Source: a bacterium
GTDB lineage: Bacteria > Patescibacteriota > Minisyncoccia > Phycocordibacterales > Phycocordibacteraceae
NCBI GenBank assembly: GCA_037200965.1
Contig: JBBCGK010000001.1
Span: 64,001-128,000 of the forward strand
Length of the DNA: 64,000 bases
Direction: 5' to 3'
The notes beneath the pieces were generated by a model, which was not told where the DNA came from, searched no databases, and saw only the letters and a list, made by a program, of their open reading frames with translations. Shown here one piece after another: positions 1-10,847 of this stretch; the stretch's first letter is position 1; each line of letters opens with the position of its first letter. The position numbers were made by a program, and so were the translations under genes.

Positions 1-28
1 CGGTCTTGCTGAACTCACGACAAACGCT

Positions 29-1075
29 ATGTACGAACAATCCGTTTCGAATGGCTTCCAGCCGATGCTCGATGAGATCAATTCGAGCCTTGAGCTCATG
101 AAGCTCGGTGAAGCCGCGAACCGCGACCGCATCTATGCCGCCTACGCCCATGACATCGAGCTGCTCAATGAGTATCGCAGCGGCTTCGAGAAAATGGTCA
201 AAGCGGCGGTGAAGTACTCGATCCTTCCGGGCAATACCTACGGCAGGTCGGATCAGGAATGGGGATTCATCTCCGGCTCCATGCCTGTGCTTGCGCGGGA
301 AGCGTTCTTCGACTTCAGGGCCGAAGTCGCGGCTCTTCCAGCGCGGGAGCTGCTCCAGCATCTGAAAGGTCAGGCTGAAGCGGCGGTGCCGAAGCTATTC
401 GCTCTCGTGAGTTTCTGGCTCGACGCGCTGGTCGCCCGCGAATTCGTCGGCCTCTTGATGGTCGCGAGCGACGACGCGGCCCGATATCACTACTTCCGTC
501 CTTTCAGGACCGAAACGGTGCTTGAGGACAACTACAAGCCGCCCAAGGCAATCGAAGTCGACGAGACCTTGCCGTTCGGTCAGCGCACCCTCTATCAGCG
601 GTCGTTGGGGAAACTGACTCGGATCGACCATGACATCGAGCGGCATGATCACGACATTGTTGGCATGAGGGTGCATACGGTCGAGCAATATCCCGATCGG
701 ATGCCTCCCCGGGTTGTGGGCTTTCTCGAACAGGTGCCGCCGATCATTTTGCGGCATCTCCGCATCGTGTCCGGTGTCATCGTTCGGGAACAGATCCTCA
801 AGCGTACCGTCGCGACGGAAGTCACCGACACGCGCCATACGAGCACCTGGCGTGATTCCCCGGCGATCGTCATCGGCGACATCTATGTACCCGTCGGCTG
901 GAGCGATAAAGATATGGGAAACGCAGCATTCTTCTCCGGGCAGCTCGCATGCCCGCCTCCGCCGACCAGGCTCGTGAAGTTCATAACCTGGCCGCGACGG
1001 CATCCAGTGTTGGCTACGATCGCCTGCACGACGCTTGCGGTGCTTTCAGGGGCCACCTGGAGGTTCTTCGGGTAA
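29..1075 (+). CDS. hypothetical protein (may extend upstream of window)
   Basis: 348-aa ORF with high third-position GC typical of coding here; no recognisable motif; followed by hairpin+T-tract at 1101-1130. Confidence 0.5.
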   Translation: MYEQSVSNGFQPMLDEINSSLELMKLGEAANRDRIYAAYAHDIELLNEYRSGFEKMVKAAVKYSILPGNTYGRSDQEWGFISGSMPVLAREAFFDFRAEVAALPARELLQHLKGQAEAAVPKLFALVSFWLDALVAREFVGLLMVASDDAARYHYFRPFRTETVLEDNYKPPKAIEVDETLPFGQRTLYQRSLGKLTRIDHDIERHDHDIVGMRVHTVEQYPDRMPPRVVGFLEQVPPIILRHLRIVSGVIVREQILKRTVATEVTDTRHTSTWRDSPAIVIGDIYVPVGWSDKDMGNAAFFSGQLACPPPPTRLVKFITWPRRHPVLATIACTTLAVLSGATWRFFG

Positions 1076-1100
1076 TTCGAAGCTGCCTTCATCAAACTTC

Positions 1101-1130
1101 AGCGGGGGTCTCGGCCCCCGCTTTGTTTTT
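1101..1130 (+). terminator. rho-independent terminator
   Basis: agcggggg-tctc-ggcccccgct stem-loop followed by ttgttttt. Confidence 0.7.
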
Positions 1131-1267
1131 ATTACCACAATCCTGGGCTTAGCTCAGCTGCGCCGAATAAACGTACTCCTCGTGTCCACAATAGGCAAAA
1201 GACCACACGAATTTTTGTTTTTTGAAGCTAATCTGATACTGTTGCGGCAGGTAAGTAGGAGGATTCA

Positions 1268-1579
1268 ATGAACCGCATCAAGCCTACAGATTCTTTCGCA
1301 CAAGCTGACATTGATGCTCTGTGTGGGCAATACAGAAGTTTCATAGAAAAATTGCGGGCAAGGTGGTTACGGTATAACAATCACCGGTTCACAAGATGGG
1401 TACTCTATGAACTGGATGCCGGAGAGCGTCAGAGGGTCGATGGGGTCATCCGTCGTTGGGAGGAATATATCACTCCCATCGCCGAGAAGTGGTGGAAGCG
1501 GTATGGGATCGGCATTCGCTGGCCTGCAAAATCATCCGATCCCTGTCAGTTCTATTGGCTCGAAGGCGCACGCGCCTAG
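1268..1579 (+). CDS. hypothetical small protein
   Basis: 103-aa ORF preceded by strong RBS gtaagtAGGAGGattcaATG; lies in a lower-GC stretch between two terminators. Confidence 0.55.
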   Translation: MNRIKPTDSFAQADIDALCGQYRSFIEKLRARWLRYNNHRFTRWVLYELDAGERQRVDGVIRRWEEYITPIAEKWWKRYGIGIRWPAKSSDPCQFYWLEGARA

Positions 1580-1603
1580 CTAAGGTTGTCTTCAGCTCAA
1601 GAA

Positions 1604-1636
1604 GGCGCCCACGATTTCCCGTGGGCGCTCTTTTCT
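1604..1636 (+). terminator. rho-independent terminator
   Basis: ggcgcccacg...cgtgggcgc hairpin followed by tcttttct. Confidence 0.6.
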
Positions 1637-1673
1637 ATATCTCTACCCAAAAGCTTTGATCACAAAAGGTCCG

Positions 1674-1705
1674 CCAAACGGCGGACCTTTTGTGATTCTA
1701 GCGGC
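1674..1705. terminator. bidirectional hairpin terminator
   Basis: aaaaggtccgcc-aaac-ggcggacctttt palindrome between convergent genes; U-tract on both strands. Confidence 0.6.
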
Positions 1706-1711
1706 TTAAAA

Positions 1712-1969
1712 CTAGGAAAGGTGCGCCGAGACGAGCTTGGTCATCTCGAACATGGTCACTTCCTTCTTTCCCCCGAAGATCGGGAGGAGAAGGTCGTCCG
1801 CGAAGATGTTCCGCTTATTGGCCGGGTTCTGGAGGTTCTTGTCCTTGATATAGACCCAGATCTGCTTGACGACTTCGCCGCGCGACATCGGGCCCTTGCC
1901 GACGACCGCCTCAAGCTCGGGCGTGAGGTTCATGGGCTTCAAAAGGGCCGGGTTTGCTTTTCTAACCAT
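1712..1969 (-). CDS. SWIB/MDM2 domain protein
   Basis: 85 aa; ...LTPELEAVVGKGPMSRGEVVKQIWVYIKDKNLQNPANKRNIFADDLLLPIFGGKKEVTMFEMTKLVSAHL matches the SWIB/MDM2 consensus (PELA.VVG...R.EV.K.LW.YIK.NNLQDP.NKR.I..D..L..IFG...V.MFEM.KL.S.HL). Confidence 0.75.
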   Translation of the reverse strand: MVRKANPALLKPMNLTPELEAVVGKGPMSRGEVVKQIWVYIKDKNLQNPANKRNIFADDLLLPIFGGKKEVTMFEMTKLVSAHLS

Positions 1970-2156
1970 AGATGGTGAATGTAAATTCGATTATCGATAA
2001 TAAGGACCTTGACTGGCCAATAGTACCCCAGGCGCCCGTATTTGTCCCCAGGCTGTCCCCAGGGCCTTGCGCCCGGGTTTTGAAGCCCTATACTCCCCAA
2101 AGTCTCGTCGGCGCCTGCGGGCGCATTTCATTCGTTCCGAACCAAGGGAGGCATGC

Positions 2157-2480
2157 GTGAAGAAACATCAGTTCGTCGCCGCCTTCCATGGTTGCAGGGG
2201 GCGCATCCGGCTTGACCCGCCGACACTGCTTGCGGCGGTACAGCGTATCGGAGGCGACATCGGGCTCTCGGTCGGGCCCGGCTCTCCGGGTTCGCATCCG
2301 AATCTTTTCCTCGATTTCGAGGAAAGAACCCGTACGGTCCGTATCGACTTTCGTTTCCGCTATGAGAATGAGGAGGAATTCCGCATTCCGCGGCTTCTTA
2401 TAGAGGGAATCAAAGCCCTCTTGGTGCCAGCGAGCATGGAATCGGAAGAGAAGCCCTTCAAAAAAAGGCGCCAGCGATGA
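2157..2480 (+). CDS. hypothetical protein (start uncertain; GTG 2157 after AGGGAGG, or ATG 2067)
   Basis: ORF in frame 2067..2480; RBS-like agggagg at 2144-2150 before GTG 2157; ends in KKRRQR; followed by terminator. Confidence 0.4.
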   Translation: MKKHQFVAAFHGCRGRIRLDPPTLLAAVQRIGGDIGLSVGPGSPGSHPNLFLDFEERTRTVRIDFRFRYENEEEFRIPRLLIEGIKALLVPASMESEEKPFKKRRQR

Positions 2481-2497
2481 GCGGCGCCTTTTGCTTT
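2464..2497 (+). terminator. rho-independent terminator
   Basis: aaaggcgcc-agcgatgagc-ggcgccttt hairpin followed by tgctttgg. Confidence 0.6.
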
Positions 2498-2529
2498 GGC
2501 CGGGCGGGGAGTCGTGATAAAATCAGTCC

Positions 2530-3375
2530 ATGCATGAGGGGATCGCAATCCACCTGGCGCCTTTGGCGCTTTTTCATATCGGGTCGTTCGCAGTGACGAA
2601 CACGCTCTTCACGACGCTCCTGGTATCCCTCCTCCTCATAGTCTTCGCGTATTTCGCCGGGCGCTCCTTGAAGCTCAAGCCCGGCAAGTTCCAGGCGGTC
2701 CTCGAGCTCATCATCGTGTTCCCGTATACTTTCGTGCGGGATACCCTCGAGGACGAGAAGGCAGCGGAGAAGCTCTTCCCGATCGTGATGACCATCTTCC
2801 TCCTCGTTCTCACGGTCAACTGGTTCGGGCTTTTGCCGATAGGCGAGGGGATAGGGTTCGGAGGAGAGCACGGTTTCGTGCCGCTCTTCCATGCGAGCTC
2901 CACCGACCTCAACTTCACCCTCGCGCTCGCGCTCGTCGCCTTCTTCACGATCGAGATATTCGGCATCGCGGCCCTGGGCGCGTTTAAGTATGGAAAGAAA
3001 TTCATCACCTTTGCGTCGCCTATCGCTTTCGTAGTAGGCTTGATAGAACTCGTCTCCGAAGTGGCGCGGCTGATCTCGTTCTCCTTCCGCCTCTTCGGAA
3101 ACGTGTTCGCGGGCAAGGTACTCATACTCGTGCTCGCGTCGTTCGTGCCGCTTCTCCTGCCCGTACCGTTCCTGGCGTTCGAGCTCTTCGTGGGCTTCAT
3201 CCAGGCGGCGATCTTCGCCCTCCTCACGCTCTTCTTCACGAAGATCGCGATCTCGGGACACGCGGAGCACGAGCATGCGGACGGCCACGACGGCGCGGAG
3301 CACGGCCTTGCGCATGCGGTGGTCGACGAGCGCGACCTGCCGCACGGCATTACAAAAACAACCATCACCACCTAA
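2530..3375 (+). CDS. atpB: F0F1 ATP synthase subunit a
   Basis: Polytopic membrane protein with the conserved ...SFSFRLFGNVFAG... (essential Arg) motif; first gene of the atp cluster; TGaTAAAAT -10 lies 6 nt before the ATG; unusual His/Asp-rich C-terminal tail. Confidence 0.9.
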   Translation: MHEGIAIHLAPLALFHIGSFAVTNTLFTTLLVSLLLIVFAYFAGRSLKLKPGKFQAVLELIIVFPYTFVRDTLEDEKAAEKLFPIVMTIFLLVLTVNWFGLLPIGEGIGFGGEHGFVPLFHASSTDLNFTLALALVAFFTIEIFGIAALGAFKYGKKFITFASPIAFVVGLIELVSEVARLISFSFRLFGNVFAGKVLILVLASFVPLLLPVPFLAFELFVGFIQAAIFALLTLFFTKIAISGHAEHEHADGHDGAEHGLAHAVVDERDLPHGITKTTITT

Positions 3376-3609
<234 letters not shown>

Positions 3610-3621
3610 TTCCTGCTATCC

Positions 3622-4065
3622 ATGGAAGCCCTCATCACCACCTTCGGCGTCGACTGGCGAAGCCTCGCGCTTGAGGTGGTGAACTTCGGCATCCTGGTCG
3701 CGCTTTTGACCTGGCTTTTGTATAAGCCGGTCCTCAAGATGGTGAAGGAGCGGGAACAGGTCGTCGCCAAGGGCGTCGAGGACGCCGAGGAAGCGGCAAA
3801 GAAGCTCTCGGAGGCGGACGCGAAGGCCCTCGAACGCTCGAAAGCGGCCGAGAAGGAAGCAGAAGAGACCGTGCAGACGGCGCGCGGGGAGGCTTCCGGG
3901 GAGAAGGCGCGGCTCCTTGCAGAAGCGCAGGCGAGGGCTGCCGCGGTCGAGCGCGATGCGGAAGCGCGGGCAAAGGAATCGGCGGAACGCGCGAAGCGGG
4001 AAAGCGAGAAGGACATCGCACGCGTCGCGCTTCTTGCCGCCGAGAAGCTCATGAAGACCAAATGA
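3622..4065 (+). CDS. atpF: F0F1 ATP synthase subunit b
   Basis: N-terminal TM helix then long charged Ala/Glu/Lys-rich helix; position in the atp operon. Confidence 0.85.
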   Translation: MEALITTFGVDWRSLALEVVNFGILVALLTWLLYKPVLKMVKEREQVVAKGVEDAEEAAKKLSEADAKALERSKAAEKEAEETVQTARGEASGEKARLLAEAQARAAAVERDAEARAKESAERAKRESEKDIARVALLAAEKLMKTK

Positions 4066-4301
4066 CCTACGAAACCCTCGTCGAGCACTTGAAGCGCACC
4101 GGCCGGATGAAGCTCCTGCCGAGAATTTTGAGGGAACTCAAGATGAAGGAAGCGCGAGCGCGGAAGCTCGCGCCCCGGAAGGAGACGGCGGAAGAAAGTC
4201 CCGCGCTCATCAGCGGCTCTCGCTCGATAGAGAACGGCATCCTCACGGACACCACGGGAAAGCGGGCGCTCCTTGAGATTTATAAGAAAGTCACGGCCTA
4301 A
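4062..4301 (+). CDS. atpH: F0F1 ATP synthase subunit delta (OSCP), unusually short (79 aa)
   Basis: Position between atpF and atpA with ATGA overlap; C-terminal ...ALISGSRSIENGILTDTTGKRALLEIYKK resembles the OSCP C-terminus; the N-terminal helical domain seems absent. Confidence 0.55.
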   Translation: MTYETLVEHLKRTGRMKLLPRILRELKMKEARARKLAPRKETAEESPALISGSRSIENGILTDTTGKRALLEIYKKVTA

Positions 4302-4303
4302 GC

Positions 4304-5851
4304 ATGCAAAATATCATCGAGAAAATAGAGCGCGAGATCGCGGCCTGGAAGCCGGAGGGAGGCTCCGAGGAGGTCGGCATCGTCCGCACGACGGGCGATG
4401 GCATCGCCGAGATCGACGGACTCTCAGGAGCCGTGATGACGGAAATGGTGCTGTTCGACCCGACCTTCGACCGCTCGCTTGAGGACGCGCTCAAAGATCC
4501 TTCGCCCGTATACGGCCTTGTCCTCAACCTCGAAGAGGACAGCGTGCGCGCCGTCATTCTCGGAGATTCTTCGAAGGTGTATGAAGGCATGCTCGTCCGG
4601 AAGCTCGGGCGTAGGCTCTCGATTCCCGTGGGCGATGCGCTCGTGGGCCGCGTGGTTAATGCGCTTGGAGAGCCGGTCGACGGCAAGGGTCCGGTCAAAG
4701 AGACGAAAGACCTTCCGATCGAGCGCGAGGCATACGGCGTCATCGACCGCGCTCCCGTGAACGTGCCTTTGCATACCGGCATAAAGGCTATCGACGCCAT
4801 GATCCCGATCGGCCGCGGCCAGCGCGAGCTCATCATCGGGGATCGCGGCGTCGGGAAGACCGTGATCGCGATCGACACCATTTTGAACCAGCTCTCCGAG
4901 CCCGAAGCGTCCCGTCCCGTCTGCATCTATGTCGCCATCGGCCAGAAGGAGTCGAAGACCGCGAAGCTCGTCGCGGAGCTCGAGGAGAAAGGCGCGATGG
5001 CGTACTCGATCGTCGTTACCGCTCCCGCTTCGAGTCCCGCCGCGCTTCAGTATCTCGCCCCGTTTGCAGGCGCGACGATCGGCGAGCATTTCATGGAACA
5101 AGGCAAGGACGCGCTCGTCGTATATGACGACCTCTCGAAACAGGCAGTCGCGTATCGCCAAATGTCGCTCCTTCTTCGCCGCCCGCCGGGCCGCGAAGCA
5201 TATCCGGGCGACATCTTCTATCTCCACTCGCGCCTTCTCGAGCGCGCGGCGAAGCTTTCCAAAGAGAAGGGCGGCGGCTCCCTCACGGCGCTTCCTATCA
5301 TCGAAACCCAGGAAGGCGACGTGTCGGCATACATCCCGACGAACGTGATCTCGATCACGGACGGCCAGATATTCCTCGAAGCGAACCTCTTCAACCAGGG
5401 GCTTCGCCCGGCCATTAACGTCGGCATCTCGGTCTCGCGCGTGGGCAGCAATGCGCAGACCAAGGCGATGAAGAAGGTCTCGGGGAAGATCAAGCTTGAA
5501 CTTGCCCAGTTCCGCGAGCTTGAAGCCTTCATGCAGTTCTCTTCGGATCTCGACGCCGAGACCAAGAAGCGCATCGACTCCGGCCGCCGCCTTACGGAAG
5601 TCCTCAAGCAGAATAAGGGAGAGCCTCTGCCGTTTGAGATGGAGGCAGCTGTCATCTATGCCGCGACGAATGGGTACTTCGATCGCTTCGCTCCGGAAGA
5701 GGCGAGCCAGGCAGAAGCGAAGCTTAGGGACTTCCTGCTTCGCGAAGGAAAAGATGCTCTCTCGGCTATCCGCGAAGGCAAGCAGATCGATGAGGAGACG
5801 GAAGGGAAGCTCAAGAAGGTTCTCGATACGTTTGCGGCACACGTGAGCTAA
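4304..5851 (+). CDS. atpA: F0F1 ATP synthase subunit alpha
   Basis: Walker A GDRGVGKT; 515 aa; strong alpha-subunit-like sequence throughout. Confidence 0.95.
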   Translation: MQNIIEKIEREIAAWKPEGGSEEVGIVRTTGDGIAEIDGLSGAVMTEMVLFDPTFDRSLEDALKDPSPVYGLVLNLEEDSVRAVILGDSSKVYEGMLVRKLGRRLSIPVGDALVGRVVNALGEPVDGKGPVKETKDLPIEREAYGVIDRAPVNVPLHTGIKAIDAMIPIGRGQRELIIGDRGVGKTVIAIDTILNQLSEPEASRPVCIYVAIGQKESKTAKLVAELEEKGAMAYSIVVTAPASSPAALQYLAPFAGATIGEHFMEQGKDALVVYDDLSKQAVAYRQMSLLLRRPPGREAYPGDIFYLHSRLLERAAKLSKEKGGGSLTALPIIETQEGDVSAYIPTNVISITDGQIFLEANLFNQGLRPAINVGISVSRVGSNAQTKAMKKVSGKIKLELAQFRELEAFMQFSSDLDAETKKRIDSGRRLTEVLKQNKGEPLPFEMEAAVIYAATNGYFDRFAPEEASQAEAKLRDFLLREGKDALSAIREGKQIDEETEGKLKKVLDTFAAHVS

Positions 5852-5854
5852 AGC

Positions 5855-6763
5855 ATGGCCCTCAAGGACATCAAATCGAAGATAAAGGCGACGCAGCGGA
5901 CCAACAAGGTCACGCACGCGATGGAGGCTGTCTCTGCCGTGAAGATGAGAAAGACCCAAGGATCGGCGCTCGCAGGACGCCCGTATGCGAGAGCCGCACT
6001 CGCAATTCTTGCACGGCTTTCGGGGAGTAGCGATCTCGCGCGCCATCCGCTCGCGACACTTCGGCCCGTGAAGAAGACTGCCTTCGTCGTGATTACGAGC
6101 GACAAGGGGCTTGCAGGTGCCTTGAATGCAAACGTACTCAAAGCCGCGGCGCAGGCGCTTGAGGGGAAAGCGCAAGAGAGCATCACCATCTTCGCGTACG
6201 GCCGCAAGGGTTCGGAGTATTTCTCACGCCGCAGCTACCGTATCAAGAAGACTTTCGAGAACAAGAGCGATACTATCGAGCTTTCCGGCATGGAAGAGCT
6301 CTCGCTGGAACTCTCGGCAGGATTCCTTGCCGGGGAATTCGACGAAGTCCTTGCGGTCTATAGCAACTTCAAGAGCACGTTCGAGCAGGCGCCGACGGTA
6401 CGGAAACTCCTCCCGCTTTCCCTTTCCGCCGTGTCGGAGCTGGTTTCCGACATCGCTCCGGAGAAAGGGAAGTTCGCGGAGACCGCTCCGATCAAGGCAC
6501 CTCCGGCCTACACTATCGAGCCCTCGGCCGGGGAAGTGCTCGGCGTGCTTATCCCGAAGCTCGTCGCCGTCTCCCTCTATCACATGCTCCTTGAGGCGAA
6601 GGCGTCCGAGCATTCGGCGCGGATGATCGCCATGAAGAACGCGTCGGAGAAGTCGGAGGAGGTGGCGCACGACCTCACGCGCCTCTTCAACAAGATCCGT
6701 CAGGCGGCGATCACGCGGGAGGTGTCGGAGATCGTTGGCGGGCGGGAGGCGCTTGCTTCATGA
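5855..6763 (+). CDS. atpG: F0F1 ATP synthase subunit gamma
   Basis: N-terminal MALKDIKSKIKATQRTNKVTHAMEAVSAVKMRK and C-terminal ...ITREVSEIVGG typical of gamma; operon position. Confidence 0.9.
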   Translation: MALKDIKSKIKATQRTNKVTHAMEAVSAVKMRKTQGSALAGRPYARAALAILARLSGSSDLARHPLATLRPVKKTAFVVITSDKGLAGALNANVLKAAAQALEGKAQESITIFAYGRKGSEYFSRRSYRIKKTFENKSDTIELSGMEELSLELSAGFLAGEFDEVLAVYSNFKSTFEQAPTVRKLLPLSLSAVSELVSDIAPEKGKFAETAPIKAPPAYTIEPSAGEVLGVLIPKLVAVSLYHMLLEAKASEHSARMIAMKNASEKSEEVAHDLTRLFNKIRQAAITREVSEIVGGREALAS

Positions 6764-6766
6764 CGC

Positions 6767-7156
6767 ATGCCGAAAGACTATACGAAATGGCACGAGGTCA
6801 AGTCCGCGATCGAAGAACACAGGAATCCCCCGTTCTTCAACGAGCGCGAGGTATGGTGGAGCTCGCTCGGCGCGAATATCGGAACGGAACAGGACGGGAA
6901 GAACGCCCGGTTTGAGCGTCCGGTAATCATCGTGCGCAAATTCAATAAGGACTTGTTCTGGGGCGTACCAGCCACGCTCCAGAGCAAGGATGACGCATTC
7001 CATTTCGGCTTCATGCTTTCGGGAATCGAGCAGCGCGCGATCGTCTCGCAAATCCGCACATTGAGCGCGAAACGGCTCATCCGCCGCATCGGCAAGCTGC
7101 CCGAGCCGAAGTTCGCAGGACTTAAGGAGGCGATCGAATCCTTGATGAGGCGATAA
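6767..7156 (+). CDS. MazF/PemK-family toxin-fold protein (endoribonuclease-like), no adjacent antitoxin
   Basis: 129 aa; alignable by eye to E. coli MazF: GxEQxGxxRP, (C/G)VPxTxQSK...F...LSG and DQVKSI/SQIRTL...G segments; ATG sits 3 nt after the atpG stop. Confidence 0.65.
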   Translation: MPKDYTKWHEVKSAIEEHRNPPFFNEREVWWSSLGANIGTEQDGKNARFERPVIIVRKFNKDLFWGVPATLQSKDDAFHFGFMLSGIEQRAIVSQIRTLSAKRLIRRIGKLPEPKFAGLKEAIESLMRR

Positions 7157-7258
7157 ACGAAGCGAACCCCTTGCGGGGTTCTCGGGTGCCTAACGGCAAT
7201 TTACCCGGTCACTATATCCCCTCGGGGATGAAAAGTCAATTAACGACCGAAGCGAGGC

Positions 7259-7288
7259 TTGTGGACGGCACTCCGCATCGGGTATAAT
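7259..7288 (+). promoter_or_regulatory. sigma70-like promoter (TTGTGG-N18-TATAAT) driving a noncoding transcript
   Basis: -35 ttgtgg at 7259-7264 and -10 tataat at 7283-7288; no start codon within 9 nt downstream, unlike most promoters in this window. Confidence 0.5.
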
Positions 7289-7294
7289 CGTGTC

Positions 7295-8907
<1,613 letters not shown>

Positions 8908-8908
<1 letters not shown>

Positions 8909-9156
8909 TGGCAAAGACATTTCATCTGACGATCGCGAAAGTGGGCGAAAATCTCTTCGACGGAGAGGCGGTTTCCACGACGCTCCCGGGACTTTCCGGG
9001 GAGTTCACCGTTCTTGCCGGACACGAGCCGTATGTTTCGGAGCTTAAGGCAGGGACCGCGAGAGTGAAAACCGCGGACGGGCAGACCCGCTCGATTTCCG
9101 TTCCCGCAGGCGGTGTCGCCGAAGTTTCGGGGAATCAGGCGACCATCATTCTATAG
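8908..9156 (+). CDS. atpC: F0F1 ATP synthase subunit epsilon (beta-sandwich domain only, 82 aa)
   Basis: Overlaps the atpD stop (ATAATG); N-terminal epsilon-like beta-sandwich sequence; C-terminal helical hairpin absent. Confidence 0.8.
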
Positions 9157-9219
9157 ACTCCGCGATTTCTCTGGTATGATTGCGTCCGGTTGGAACAAAC
9201 GGATGCAAGGAGAAAGATA

Positions 9220-9657
9220 ATGGGACCCGAGCTCGACCGCAGACTCTGGCCTGCGGTAATCCGCGCCCAAAATCATGAGTGCGAAGTGATTGCCGTTGCT
9301 ACGCAAACCCGCCAGCATGTGAGTTGCAGCCTGGTGTGCGTGAACGGGAATTTTTGCGTAGTCCGGAACGTGGCCACGAGCAAGCACCATGGTCGTATCT
9401 ATATCAGCGTCCATTTCAGTGCGCAGTTCTGGGAATGTGCCGCTGGCATATTCTCCGTTCGGGAAGGCGCCCGTCCGGACTTCTACGTGATTCCGGTGAA
9501 CGTCTTCGCGTATTGGAGAAATCAGTTGCACGCGACGATGCCATTCCCTGGCAAAGAAAGTAATGAGCCGGAGAACGGCGGGTCAGCCGTCCACTGGCCT
9601 TCCTATAGGGATCGATGGGACTTGCTGAGCAGACAGGAGGTGCGCGGGGGCGCCTAG
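9220..9657 (+). CDS. hypothetical Cys-rich protein
   Basis: ATG preceded by AAGGAG RBS 7 nt upstream; GC3>GC1>GC2 pattern; stop overlaps terminator hairpin 9642-9675; the listed ORF 9190 is the same frame from an earlier ATG. Confidence 0.4.
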   Translation: MGPELDRRLWPAVIRAQNHECEVIAVATQTRQHVSCSLVCVNGNFCVVRNVATSKHHGRIYISVHFSAQFWECAAGIFSVREGARPDFYVIPVNVFAYWRNQLHATMPFPGKESNEPENGGSAVHWPSYRDRWDLLSRQEVRGGA

Positions 9658-9675
9658 GCGCCCCCGTTTCCGTGC
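9642..9675 (+). terminator. rho-independent terminator
   Basis: gggggcgcc-tag-gcgccccc followed by gtttcc. Confidence 0.6.
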
Positions 9676-9714
9676 TACATTTGTTCCGGATGCCTAGCAA
9701 GAAGGAAGACCGCC

Positions 9715-10191
9715 ATGCCGATCATCGATACTGGCGCGGATTTCAAAACAAATGTTCGCGAATACGGGATCATGATCGCGGCGCTTCGAAACAATTGCCC
9801 GCAGGTAAGCCCGGCGCGCGGCGATACCCGGCACCACCGCCTCCTCCAGCGTTCGGTCTATGTGGAAGGGCTCCTGTGCAGCCTGCACTTCTGCAGATGC
9901 GCAGCGGCGGTGAGAAAAATCTCAAGTGACAGGATGTACGTTCAGCTGATGTGCCCGCGCGGCGCGGTCCGGAAGCAGGCGGCGTTCATGGCTGGCGGCA
10001 TTTTTGACGGTGACGATTACCGCGGGATGTACATTATTCCGGTCAGGGATCTTGGAGCCCGCACGCACGTTTGGGTCTCAGCCGATCCTGAGGTGGGGAT
10101 CAGCCTCACAAAGCGGAGCTTGGATTTGCGTCGGTATTTCAACAACTTCGCGCTTCTCGCTCCGCCCCGGATTCCGCTTGCCGCGGAATAA
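9715..10191 (+). CDS. hypothetical protein
   Basis: 158-aa ORF; RBS aaggaag upstream; terminator follows. Confidence 0.45.
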   Translation: MPIIDTGADFKTNVREYGIMIAALRNNCPQVSPARGDTRHHRLLQRSVYVEGLLCSLHFCRCAAAVRKISSDRMYVQLMCPRGAVRKQAAFMAGGIFDGDDYRGMYIIPVRDLGARTHVWVSADPEVGISLTKRSLDLRRYFNNFALLAPPRIPLAAE

Positions 10192-10198
10192 CTCCCGA

Positions 10199-10235
10199 GA
10201 AAGGCAGGGGTGCCGCACCCCTGCCTTTTCTTATT
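10199..10235 (+). terminator. rho-independent terminator
   Basis: aggcaggggtg-ccg-cacccctgcct followed by tttcttatt. Confidence 0.7.
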
Positions 10236-10290
10236 CCCCATGCAGGCGTGCTATAGTCTGCATCGGTTTGTAAACCAAACGGAGGAACTT

Positions 10291-10548
10291 ATGGGCGGCG
10301 AGACGCACGACGTTTCGGATTTTCTCGACGGCAACCTGTTCACGCCTTGTTTCGGACGATATGTCGACAACATCGGCGCGAAAGCGCTGGCAGCGTATTT
10401 CCAGGAGCGGAAAACCTCGACCCCTAGAATACGGGATCTGATTGTGCTTGGAAGAAGGAATCTGTCGAAGATACGCTGGTTCGGCAAAGCAAGGGCGAGG
10501 ACCGTGGCGTTCTGGCTGAGCGAGCGAGGCTTCGTGCTCCCCGAGTAG
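10291..10548 (+). CDS. small protein with two helix-hairpin-helix motifs resembling the RNA polymerase alpha C-terminal domain
   Basis: GGAGGA RBS before ATG 10291; ...CFGRYVDNIGAKALAAY...RNLSKIRWFGKARARTVAFWLSERGFVL parallels alpha-CTD ...NCLKAEAIHYIGDLV...[26 protein letters not shown]. Confidence 0.4.
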   Translation: MGGETHDVSDFLDGNLFTPCFGRYVDNIGAKALAAYFQERKTSTPRIRDLIVLGRRNLSKIRWFGKARARTVAFWLSERGFVLPE

Positions 10549-10615
10549 TCATAATTGAAATCTCAGCTAAGCGGGCCCTTCATTCAAGGGCCCGCTTCGT
10601 GCTATCATCCCGTAC

Positions 10616-10846
10616 ATGTCGGTCCAAGGATTCCTCCTGAGGCAATATGCGAAATGGAAGATGAAGGGCGTACCCGCCGACAAGCGGGACCAGATGCTCG
10701 CTTTCGTCGAGAAAGATCCCGAGCTGTTCAAGAAGATCGGGGAAGAGGTCGAGCGCCGGAAGAAAGGCGGCGAAAGCGAGATGAAGGCGACGATGGAGGT
10801 GATGAAGAAGTACCGCGCGGAGCTCCAGGGGCTCATGAGCCGCTAG
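10616..10846 (+). CDS. hypothetical small basic/acidic protein
   Basis: 76-aa ORF; TGcTATCAT -10 at 10600-10608 lies 7 nt before the ATG (leaderless pattern); stop overlaps the start of the next gene. Confidence 0.5.
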   Translation: MSVQGFLLRQYAKWKMKGVPADKRDQMLAFVEKDPELFKKIGEEVERRKKGGESEMKATMEVMKKYRAELQGLMSR

Positions 10847-10847
10847 T

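Noticed and set aside
9151-9531. Minus-strand 126-aa ORF overlapping the 9220..9657 (+) ORF
   Set aside because: - The plus-strand frame has an AAGGAG RBS, a terminator at its stop and GC3>GC1>GC2.
- The minus frame has GC1>GC3, a GTG start and no signals.
- This is kept as an alternative only.
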